Assembly (NCBI RefSeq): GCF_006345805.1
Contig: NC_043000.1
Location: 78,678,001-78,742,000, forward strand
Direction: 5' to 3'
DNA: 64,000 nt
DNA from: Octopus sinensis
Taxonomy: Eukaryota
Below are positions 1 through 11,524 of this stretch, in pieces; positions within the stretch are counted from its first letter, which is position 1; every line of letters starts with the position of its first letter. The translations under genes and the position numbers were made by a program. The notes under the pieces are model-generated. The model was not told the origin of the DNA, did no database searches, and saw nothing but the letters and a program-made list of their open reading frames with translations.

Positions 1-2218
1 ATGCAAGACTTGAAAATTTTGGCCAAGGTGCTAGCCAAGAGGTTGGCGCTTGTCATCGAGAAACTGGTCGACAAGGCGCAAACATGCGCCGTGCCGGGCC
101 GGACCATCCATGACAACCTCCACCTGATGCGCTACATCATAGACAGGGTAGTTAACGAACTGGCATGGGTGGGGCGCTGGTCAATTTGGATCAATCGAAA
201 GCTTTCGATAGGGTGGACCATCGATACTTGGAGGCGGTCCTCGGAGCGGCTGGCTTCGGTCCCGTCTTCCGCGGCTGGATAGCCGCTTTGTACAGAGGCA
301 TCCGTTCGGTAATTCGCGTGAATGGACATCTATCGAGACCCTTCGACATCGCACGTTCGGTCCGTCAGGATGCCCCCTCTCGTCGCTTCTATACGTATTG
401 ACTCTCGAGCCATTATTGCGGAAGCTGGCAACCTTGAGAGGCATCCCGCGAGAACTGGGATGCGGGACGAGCGTGTCTGCATACGCGGACGACGTCACCG
501 TCATAGTGTCTAGCCACGAGCACATCGAGCAGGTCGGCGAGACACTGAAAAACTACGAAGCGGTGACAGGAGCGAAAATCAACCGGGAAAAGTCAGTGGG
601 CTTGCGACTAGGCACCTGGAGAAGCAAGCCCATGCCGTCCACCAGCGCCTCCGTCGTGGGACGCTGGACCGACGGCCCGGTTGAGTTGCTCGGGGTCTGG
701 TTTGGTCCGGACCTCCAAGTGGAGAAGAACTGGAACGAGATAACGAGTAGGGTGGTCACTCTCGCCCGGCAATGGGCCGAGAGGAAACTGTCCCTAAAAG
801 GTCGGGCGGAGGTGGCGAACACGTACATCGCGTCCGTCATCTACTACCGCCTGACCGTCGTACCTTGTCCCGACCCTACCATCACAAACTACAACGCATT
901 CTCTTTCGCTTCTTGTGGAAAGGATGCGTCCCGATGGTCAGGCGATCCATTTGCTGTCAACACCCGTTAAAAGGAGGGCTGGGCATGCCGTGGTTGATGA
1001 TGCGCAGACACGCGCTGAGACTGCGACATCTCTGGCTCTATGTAGACGACGGTGAACAGGTGTGGTCGCCGTTTGTGAGGCACGCTTTCCCGCAGCTCGT
1101 CTCCATGACCGAACTGCAGTCGTGGATCAAAAAGAGGCCGAGGAAGGGCGATGGCACCGCGAGTGTCGCGTTGCTCTCAAGCAACTCTGCCGTCCTGGGT
1201 CGACCTTGAGTGACTTCAACACAACCAAAGCATTCTATAGGGGTTTAGTGGAGGGGAGGTACGACGACGAGCTCGGGGCGAACCTGGACGTCGACGAGGA
1301 GTACCTGACCCGCCTGTTCAGGACGACTTTCGGGCCAGGGCCCATGGACAACTTCCAGAGATCCCTGGCCTGGCAGTGCTACAGAGAAGCGCTACCCGTT
1401 CGGGATAAGCTCTACAGACACGGCTCGAGAAACACGGGGCCGACCTGCCCGAGATGCGGTCAGAGCGACGAAACCGTTCTGTACGCACTCGTGCAGTGTC
1501 CAACAATTTCCGACCTGTGGGCTTATGTCGAACAACTGCTGTCACGTGTGGGACGAGTCGGTTTATCAGCTGAGTCTATCGTCAATATTGTCACGCCTAC
1601 TTCCTTCAAACGGGAAGGAAGAGCTATTTTCATCATCCTTGTGGCTATGGCGAAAGAATGTATCTGGTGGACGCGTCTGAAAGGATTGGAGACAAACACC
1701 TTCCTCTCTGGTCAATCTCTCATCAACTTCTTCAAGTACCACTTGAAAAGGAAAGTGAGAGTAGAGAGGCAAGTTTTGTCTAGCGAATGTTTTAAAAACA
1801 GATGGGTGTATGTAGCAAGAATGGCACGTATGAATGACGACGCCACCTTGAGCATGATCCTATGAACCCAGAAATTGCAAACAGAGAGTTGCTTATTCGC
1901 AAAAAAAAAAAAAAAAAAAGAAATATAACATGTGACTCCATTGACCGAGGTTACCGTGGTCTTTTCCGTAGGCTTTTCTTTCCACGGGTAAACCTCACCT
2001 GTCCTCCCCTTTACACTTCATATTGACATTTCTGTGATAACGATCCCTATTGATCAATTTTTTTTTATTTTCCCTCTCCCCCTTTTTTTTGAACCCCCCC
2101 TTTTTTGTCCTCTTTCTCTCCTTTTACGATCCCTTTTGATCGAAACTCCCCCTTCCTTTTGCTCTACCTTGTAATTTGTTCTATCTGTGTGCAGCCCTGT
2201 GTGGCTAATAAAGAAACA

Positions 2219-2219
<1 letters not shown>
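1..2219 (+). mobile_element. Tx1/L1-clade LINE, 3' part (RT, C-terminal Cys/His region, 3' UTR), frameshifted
   Basis: ORF pieces give LKILAKVLAKRL, DQSKAFDRVDH, YADD (482-493), GGLGMPWL and CPRCGQSDETVLYALVQCP. The element ends at aataaagaaacata followed by (TCTA)n. Confidence 0.92.
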
Positions 2220-2251
<32 letters not shown>

Positions 2252-2329
2252 CCCCCTCTCTCTCTCTATCTATCTATCTATCTATCTATCCATCTATCTA
2301 TCTATCAATCTACCTACCTACCTACCTAC

Positions 2330-2380
<51 letters not shown>

Positions 2381-2393
2381 CCTACTTACCTAC

Positions 2394-2475
<82 letters not shown>
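2219..2475. repeat. (TATC)n microsatellite with (TACC)n variants
   Basis: Direct reading. Confidence 0.98.
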
Positions 2476-2476
<1 letters not shown>

Positions 2477-2477
2477 A

Positions 2478-4525
2478 GAGCCATTTGGACCTTTAAGGAA
2501 TACATCACAGAGCTAAAAATTTGCCACGATCGAACTTAGATTCGACAGTGAAGAAGGCGCCAAAGACCTCCCCACGAAGTCTTTTGAATGCGAAAACCTA
2601 ATCATGATCCCTACGTACCTTGGTCGTAGGGTTACAAAAATAAATATCAAATATGTGCCCCTGAGATAGAAATAAAATGGCGTGTGTCTGCCATTTGTTA
2701 TGATATCGAGAAGGCAATCCATATCTTAGAAGTCGCTGTCCTAGGCCAGCAAAATTGGATTGGTCAAGGAGTAGAAATCTTTGTTCAAGTTGATCCAATC
2801 AATATTGAAATGATTCCACACCTCATCAAACTGGTAGGCGGTTCTAATTTACATGTGGCCGTCGAAAGCAGTAAGTTGTTACGTTTGTGGTAGCAAATCA
2901 CACTTAAAAATTAATTACCCATTAGCACAGGAACAAGAACAACAGCAACAAAAACAAGATCAAGAACAACAACAACCACAACATCAAGAAAACCAAAAAC
3001 CAGCACTGCTACCCTCTCCGCCATATGCACAACTGATTAAACAGCTCTAGCAACAAATGAAGGAACACCAGCAACCAACAAGCCAGCCCAACCAATCGAC
3101 ACCATCAGCGCCACGAAGAATAGAAACAACACCATCACCACCATCGACAACAACAACTCCAAAGGGAGAAGAGAAAAAATGGACTCATACCCCACCCCTA
3201 AAACCCATACACCACATCCCAACTGTCACCAACAAACACCAACATCAACAACAAAATCTCCTTTACGCACTCAGAAATAGACCCCCAAACCCTTCCCTCC
3301 CACTTTCAGATTCTTCCGATATATCGTCTTCGCTTTTTGTGGAAGGGAAGCGTTCTGATGGTTAGGTGATCCATTTGCTATGAACATTCGATAGATGGAG
3401 GACTGGGCATGCCGTGGTTGGTGATGCGCAAACATGCGTTGAGACTGCGACATCCCCGGCGCTTCATAGACGACAGTGATCAGGTGTATTCGCCCTTTGT
3501 GAGGCGCGCTTTCCCGTAGCTCGTCTCTTTGGCCGAACTGCAGTCGTAGATCAGAGACCGAAGCTAGGCGAATGGCACCGCAAGTGCTGCCTTGCTCTCA
3601 AACAACTCTGCCGTCCGGGACCAAAGTTGTGCGACTTCAATTCTACGAAGGCGTTCTATGGAAGATTAGTGGAGGGGAGGTGCGACAACGTTCGCGGGGA
3701 GAATCTGGGCGTCGACGGGGAACACCTGACTCGTCTGTTCAGGACAACTTTTGGGCCGGGACCTATGGACAAACACCAGAGATTCCTCGCCTGACAGTGC
3801 TATTGGGAACCATAGCCAGTTCGGGATAAGCTCTACAGGCACGGTTCGAGATACACCGAACCGACTTGCCCGAGATGCGGTCAGAGCGACGAAACCGTTC
3901 TGCACGCACTTGTTTCGGACCTGTGGGCTTATGCCAAACGGCTGCTGTCACGTGTGGGACGAATTCGGTTATCGGCTGAGTCTATCATGAAAATTGCCCC
4001 GCCACCTTCCTTTAACCGAGAAGGCAAGGCAGTTTTCATTGTACTAGTGGCCATGGTAAAAGAATGTGTGGGGTGAACTTGTGCGAAAGGTTTAGAGACA
4101 AACACTTTCCTCTCTGGCTAATCACTCATCAACTTTTTCAAGTACCACTTGAAAAGGAAGGTGAGAATATAGAGGCAAGTTTTGCCTCATGAAAGATTCA
4201 CTAAAAGGTGGGTGAATGTAGCCAAGATGGTACACACGAATGACGAAACCACTTTGAGCATGATCCTGTAAATCCAAAAAAGAGAGAAGGAGCGCTTTGC
4301 TCTCATGTGTTTTCTCTCTCCCTGCCTGAGGTTACCGTGGTCCTTTTCGTAGGCTTTTCTTTCCACAGATAAACCTAATCTGTATTTTTACATTTTTACT
4401 CTGTCCTGTAAAACACGATCCCTTTTGATCGGATTTTTTCCCTCTTTCTTTTCTATTTTCCTCTTTTTTTTTCTATCGAAAAGAAAAGCTCTACATTGTA
4501 TTTGTCGAGGCTAATAAAGAAAATA
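2478..4525 (+). mobile_element. Internally deleted Tx1-clade LINE: ORF1 fragment fused to ORF2 3' end
   Basis: 2478-2910 translates to [11 protein letters not shown]...TYLGRR...CYVCGSKSH (zinc knuckle), matching ORF1 at 58440-58800. From about 3322 the DNA matches 900-1865 of the first copy. It ends at aataaagaaaata+(TCTA). Confidence 0.85.
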
Positions 4526-4539
4526 TCTATCTATCTATC

Positions 4540-4716
4540 TTTATTTTTACACGATCTCTTTTCATCGGATTTTTTCTTCCTTTTTTTAATTTTCTTATTT
4601 TCTTTCAAAAAGAATTGTATTTTGTCACCCTTGTGTTCGGCCCTGTGTGGCTAATAAAGAAATGTATGTATGTATGTATGTATGTATGTATGTATGTATG
4701 TATGTATGTATGTATG

Positions 4717-4785
<69 letters not shown>

Positions 4786-4794
4786 GTCTATTTA

Positions 4795-4855
<61 letters not shown>

Positions 4856-4873
4856 ATATCTATCTATCTATCT
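4540..4873 (+). repeat. Duplicated Tx1 3' UTR end followed by (TATG)n(TATC)n
   Basis: cacgatc...gccctgtgtggctaataaagaaa repeats the motif at 2190-2215 and is followed by the microsatellite. Confidence 0.8.
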
Positions 4874-5816
4874 TTGCCTGACTTGTCACATCAAGTGCGT
4901 AAGGTAATCGATTTTTGGCATTTTATTGTGTATATATTGATTTAAATTTGATATATGAGCTGTATAAGACACTCAGCTTTCGATTGAGTGTTTTTGCAAG
5001 GGAGGAATTGGCCCCTAGGGGCAGTTTCAACCTCTTTTAAAATTTCATTTATATTTTCCAGTTTTGGTGAAAATATCAGAAGATTCTGTAAAAGAACGCT
5101 AGTTTTAAGCTTTTCGTGAAAAAGAATTTCTAAAACTTCCATTAGGAATGCCACAACAAAAAGCAAATGATTCACACACACACGCGCACACAGATAAAAT
5201 GACAGAAGAGAAAAATTTAAAAAGAACGAATTCCACTAATTTAAGTTACAATACATATTTCAGTGAAGTGGGAATGGGAGCTCCAAACAGAAATGCTGCT
5301 GCTGCTACTGCTTCTGCTGTTATTGATATTGACAAATTGGAAAAGTTTGTTCCTAAAACAGACAATTTCAACAACTCTGTTACCACAGTTTCGCTCCTTT
5401 ATCTTTATCTCTATTTATTTATATTCCCATGCTTTTTTCACGTCTTTGTGTATTTATATATTTATATATTTATATACTTATATACTTTTTTTATATTCTT
5501 ATATTTTTAATATTTTTTAAATATTTAAAAATTTTTACTCTTTTTTAATTTTTTACTCTTTTACTACATTTTGCACCTACTACTCTCCCCCTTTGTGATC
5601 CCTAACTCATTAAAGATTCACCCCCCAACTCCTTCTCTCTCTATCTCAGCATCCAATCTTCTCATTCTACATCGAGTGAAAAACGGGATGGACGCTTTGG
5701 TTTTGTTTTGGTGCCTCGCTCTGTTGTACACGACTATGAGGATTTGCATCCCCAACGTAAATCGTCTTTTTCCCAAACTTATAATGTAATACATGCCCTT
5801 GAAGTAGTAATTGTAC

Positions 5817-5904
5817 GCGGCTGAAGAAGGCTATTGACATACAAATTACATCAATTATGCATTGATATAAACCGTCTAATAAAAGCCAGAAACATATGTA
5901 CCGC
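5817..5904 (+). ncRNA. Type I hammerhead ribozyme (Penelope-type); one mismatch at the stem II base
   Basis: gcgg-CTGAAGA-aggct...agcca-GAAA-catatg-TA-ccgc. Stem I is gcgg/ccgc, stem III is the palindrome CATATG and the cleavage triplet is GUA. Confidence 0.65.
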
Positions 5905-6494
5905 TAAATCCTTTGCATCATGTTTTTATTTTGATAAATATACTCTATCCCCTACACCACTAAATGGCATATACAGGTGCTTACAATGATCAAGTATTCA
6001 CCCTGAACTTTATATATATATATATATATATATAATTTTAATCCAAACGGGAAACAAAAAAACAACAACAATGGAACAATTACAGTATTATTATTAATAG
6101 GCGCTCAGGAAATGGATACACAAACAGACCCATGGCTTGAAGGTTTGTCGCCTGAGTGGTGCCAGGAGGAGGAGGAATATATATATATATATATATTATA
6201 TATTATATATATATATATCATAATAATAATATTAGGGAGTATAAATCCAAACTTACACGGAAAAATTCAATTTATTATTAAATCAAATTTCACAGTATAA
6301 ATATAAAATATATAATATGAATTAGAGATAAAACCACTATTATGCAACTCAAACAGTGATAGACATAAACCAATACATAAATAACAAATAATATATATAA
6401 TTAATATATTATATATAATATATATATATATATAATATATATATTATATATATATATATATATTATATATATATATATTCATATATATATATTC

Positions 6495-6578
<84 letters not shown>

Positions 6579-6994
6579 CATATTTATATATTTATATATG
6601 TATATATATATTTTTTTCCAAAAAGTATATAATGAATGATAAGTACATTCATTTTATACTTTTTGAAATATATATATATATGAAATTAATAATGCAATAC
6701 AAATATATTACTTTCCAGTAAAGGATAGCCCCATAAGGGTAAAATTATACATATAAAAGTAGATAAATGGTACAATATTTACTGGAAAATAGCAATCGAT
6801 ATAAATACGACGCTATTGTATAGCCTCACTGCGTATATACAAGCAAAGACGTGTGTGCAACAAACATGAAAAACATTCGTCTTGCCTCTAGGAAAAATAT
6901 TCGATAAATTGACAACCTAGAATCGGATATTATTTGTTATTTATGTATTATGTCTATCACTGTTTGAGTTGTATAATAGTGGTTTTATCTCTAA

Positions 6995-7029
<35 letters not shown>

Positions 7030-7482
7030 GTCTCAATTCATATATATATATATATATATGTACGTCTCAAAGTCGTGTGTATATGTGTGTGTTTGTTTGT
7101 ATCTCATTCCTGTTTTTATTCGTTACTGTTTCCCATTTTATCTTCGTCTCTTGTTTTCCTATTCGTCTCTGTTGTCACATTCTTTCCTTCTACCAAAGAA
7201 ATCTAATGCCCATAGCTTAGCTTTTCCTTGGGGCTGGCCGTTTTGGAGCAAATCTCAGAATTAAACAGCCGAAATTTGCCATGATGAATCGGTTTCTGAC
7301 TGAAGAATGAAGGCTCTGAATGACTGTCTGTTTTCCGTGTTCGTCAATTCGTGTATTTCACGTTCTCTATATATAAAGTTTTATTCTATATGTATGTATA
7401 TATGCATATATATATATATATATATATATATTCATATATATATTTGTGTGTTTATGTGTGTTTGAGCGTGTGTGTATATATA

Positions 7483-7531
<49 letters not shown>

Positions 7532-7929
7532 GGCTGCCCCCTCGTTATCGAGTATGGCCATTGCATGAAGCTTAACTGTTACTGGTGCTGTGATCGAATG
7601 TGACTTTTTAGCCCAGCTAAAGATCTACAATGTCTTGTACAAAATTGGCAACTAAAACCTTTACTGGTAATACCCGGCTGTAGTTGTAACATATATACAT
7701 ATTAGAAGAAATGAGGTACTCAGAAATCTGGATGGTTTTATATTTACAAATATTTATTAGTATGTTACATGTTTTTATAAATCATATTTTATATATTAGC
7801 GCTTTCGTCCACTCTAGCGGAGTTGTCAAATTGAACTTTTGCAGGAATTTTGTCTCTTTTTATAGTATTATTGAGTATGTAGGGGTGGGGGTGATATAAG
7901 ATAGTCCAAGAGGGTGAGGAATGGGGAGA

Positions 7930-8445
7930 AAGTGAGCGCGCGAGCGTGTGCGTGTGTATATGTGTGTGTGTGTGTTTGTATCTAAAAGAGTTGTTAAAGA
8001 AAAAGATAAGGAAAGGAAGAAGGATAGAAAAAAGAAAAAAATTGTTGATATCTTTGCAGCTGGTCAGTCTTTCAATAGTAAATGATTCTTGACTTTTAGA
8101 AATGGCAAACCCAGCTGGTCACTCCAAGGGGGGCAAAATGTCACTTTTCAAAAAATTGTCTGGATTTCTTTTTATCATTGTCTTGTGAGTGTGTGTGTGT
8201 GTGTGAGCGTGTGCGCGCGTGTGTATGGGTGTCTGTGTATCTGAAAGAAGTGTCAAATGGAAAAGGGAATGAAAGGAAGGAGGAGGATAGAAAGAAGAAA
8301 AAATGTGTTTACATTTTTGAAACTGGTCAGTCTTTCAATAGTAAATGATTTTTGGCGTTTAGAAATGGCAAACCCATCTGGCCACTTCAAGAGGGCAAAA
8401 TGTCACTTCTCAAAAAATTATCTGGATTTCTTTTTATCATTGTTT

Positions 8446-8481
<36 letters not shown>

Positions 8482-8615
8482 TGTGTGTGTATGTGCGCGT
8501 GTGTGTGTGGGTGCCTGTGTATCTGAAAGGGGTATCGATGGAATAGGGAAGAAAGAAGAAAGAGAGGAAGAAGAAATAATTGTGTTGACATTTATACCAC
8601 TGTTCAGTTCTTTCA
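7930..8615. repeat. Degenerate tandem repeat, unit about 260 bp, about 2.5 copies
   Basis: ctggtcagtctttcaatagtaaatgatt...agaaatggcaaaccc...ggcaaaatgtcactt...ctggatttctttttatcattgt occurs at about 8060 and 8323, with a partial third copy. Confidence 0.85.
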
Positions 8616-8819
8616 ATCCGATGTTTGATTTACACACATACACACACACGCTCTCTCACTCACTTTCTCCCCATTTCTCACCCTCTTGGGCTATCTTATA
8701 TATCTCCCCACACCTACACACTCAATAATAATATAAAAAGAGACAAAATTCCTACAAAAGTTCAATTTGACAACTCCACTACATGGACGAAAGCGCTAAA
8801 AAACATGTTACATATTAAT

Positions 8820-8881
<62 letters not shown>

Positions 8882-9037
8882 TATACATACATATATATAT
8901 ACATACACACACACACACATGCATATATATATGTCTATATGTAAGTGTGTAAGTATTTATTAAGGTATATTTGTTTCTATTCACGTATGCAAAGATCGCC
9001 AGCATAAACTAGTCTTTCTAATGCTAAATACCTATGA

Positions 9038-9069
<32 letters not shown>

Positions 9070-10353
9070 TACAGTTCCAGCCTTCAGCTGTGGCTGACGT
9101 GTTTTCGCTGCTCCTGACCTGTCAGCGGCCAAAGACACAGAAGACACAGAAAAACAATTACAACCCAGCAGATTTACTGATAAACAACTGTAATTACTGG
9201 AAGATCTACTATTTTCTTGAGTAATTTGAATTTCCCTCAAAATAAGTTAAAGAGTTCCAAACCTACAGTTTGGGACAAAAATTTTAGAATCATAAATATC
9301 TCCATTTTTTGTGTGAACATTTTGCCATCACCTCTTCCTTGAGTATCAGATTATGTAAAATGCCTTTATTGTAACAACACAATTAAATGCACGCTAAAAG
9401 TATGGACGTAAACACCAGCTAACCTTTATTTTCTTCTTGACTACCCGAAATATGCAGACATACCTTTTATTGCAATCACATTATTAAACACGTGGAGAAT
9501 AAGAAGAAAAAAAAAAGAAAAGAAAAAATACTATTTATAGTTTCGCTCTGCTCGTACATGACTCTATTCACAAGTACTGTTTATAGTCGGCCCCTCCTTT
9601 GATTTTTCTCAAAGTCAAGGTCACTGTTCGCAAATTCCATCAACACTATTGCGGACAATTTGAACTCTCTTTGACCGATCGTTCTTCATCTCACTTTATG
9701 AGCTATTGCTACTGCTGCTATCAGAATTTACTGCTGTTACTACTATCGCTACAATTAGAAACATTCAAGTTGACGATGACACCGAGATGTCTTTCCCCGT
9801 GTACCGGTGGCACCAACGAAAAATCCCTTTCTTTCTCTGTGTTGGGAGAAAAGAGAATTTACAATAAAAACAAACCCTCAGCCCTCCCTCCAACGTATAA
9901 TTTACTTTAAAAAGAAATACGCTAAAAGGGAAAAACGTGAAGAAAAAAAGAAAAAATTAATAATCTAAATTAACGATAGACAAAAACATGTGTCTTCTCG
10001 CACATAAACACATTATTCACACATATACAAACATGCGCAGATGCAATTATTGAAGTACTAAATGGCACGTCAAATGATATTTAATCGTGTGGAACATTCT
10101 ACATGCATATCAATATTCTAAAGTTGGACATACTATCCCTTATCCTAAAGCTGCTTCAGACAATTAGGAAGGGTTCCCGACTCGTTGCACCGTCTGCTTT
10201 CAATCTTGGATTGTGATTCGGCTCAGCCCAAACTCTCTCAGATTGTGTCTGCTGTTGCCTACTCCTACAAGGATTGCACCTGTTTTTTGTTCCTGATTTA
10301 ACTCCGATTTGTCCTAGAGCCCATAGAAGATTGTTTTTAGTCAACCATCCTTC

Positions 10354-11524
10354 ATGTCAGCTACCTACGGATCGAAACTGAGATCTGCAAGAAGGGCTTC
10401 TCATCAAGATGATGGTCCTACCAATAGTCAGCTCAACGAGCAGTTGCTGTTGCTCAAACAAGAGGTCGAGCACCTAAAGTCTGTTGTTGCTCTCTTACTG
10501 AATAAACAGTCTCCTGTGTGACTCAGAGTCACCCTTGATTTCTTCCCTGGAGACGTCCAAACCGAAGGGAACAAAATCGAAGCGGCCAAAGAAGGCGAAG
10601 GAACCGGCGGTCGTTTCTGCACATGATCGTTCCTGTGCGGATTCTTCCTCATCTGCCTTTTCGGTCCCGGAGGTCCCCCAACCTAATTTGAGGAGCGTAG
10701 ACTCAAACCCACCTGAAGACCGTTGTTCTCCCCAAATGAAGAAACGTAGTCAAAACTCCAGTGGGGCAGATTTAGCTATGAAACCTGATCACGATAAAAT
10801 CTGTTTGGATTCTCCCTCACTTGTCCTTCCCATTAATGCCATTGCTCAACCAATTCTGAACGATCTCGATGTGAGTTCATCTGGGGAGTGGTGCTCCCCC
10901 AAACCGAAGAAGAGGCAGTGCAGTTCCAAACCAGGCGGGAAAATTATGACCACTAAACCCATTCCGATCGACCCCACAGGCCGACATAAGTCCGATGGCT
11001 ATGAAACCACCCTTTCGAAATCTTCCAATGAAGAATCGAATACCGCAGCTCATAGTAGAGAACATTTTGCCCACTCAAGATCAGTAATAATTTATGGTAA
11101 AGCTGAATCCACCTGTGATACAGGCATAAACCGCCTAAAAGATGACATTAATTTTGTTTCCATTTTAGTTGGAGAATTGTTCTCTGTGAACGAAAATGTC
11201 AGTGTCCATAAGGTCGCTCGGCTAGGAAGATTCCAAGCGAACCCAACCTCAGATACTAGACCACGCCCAATAAGGGTAATCTTTTCTTCTGATCGGGAGG
11301 CTTCAGTCTTTCTGAACAGAGCTCAGACGCATGCCTGGGAGGACCCCAATATGGGTTTTCGCGAGGAATACTCACTAAGAGAGAGAATTCGCCGGAGAAA
11401 CTTAATATCCGAACTAAAGATGAGGAAACAAATGGGAAAGAAGGGTTTACGAATCCAAGATGGACAGATAATCAAGTCCTACCTCTGGTCCCATGCTGTA
11501 GTGCTGACAGGGAAAGTGATGTGA
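10354..11524 (+). CDS. ORF1 of a CR1-like LINE (disrupted)
   Basis: ATG at 10354 starts a leucine-rich coiled-coil segment (LNEQLLLLKQEVEHLKSVV). After a stop and frameshift comes the 329-aa ORF with RPRPIRVIF and EEYSLRER motifs. It abuts ORF2. Confidence 0.7.

Noticed and set aside
2478-4525. Idea that the ORF1-ORF2 fusion is a retrotransposed spliced RNA
   Set aside because: The junction falls in mid-ORF1, not at the GTAAGT motif, and no clear AG acceptor was seen.
4900-5400. Possible degraded LINE/Penelope coding remnant before the first hammerhead
   Set aside because: There are stops in all frames and no diagnostic motif.
7290-7335. CTGAAGA...GAATGACTGTC hammerhead-like motif; similar partial motifs at about 16000, 31310 and 36678
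   Set aside because: GAAA or the stems are broken; too degenerate to call.
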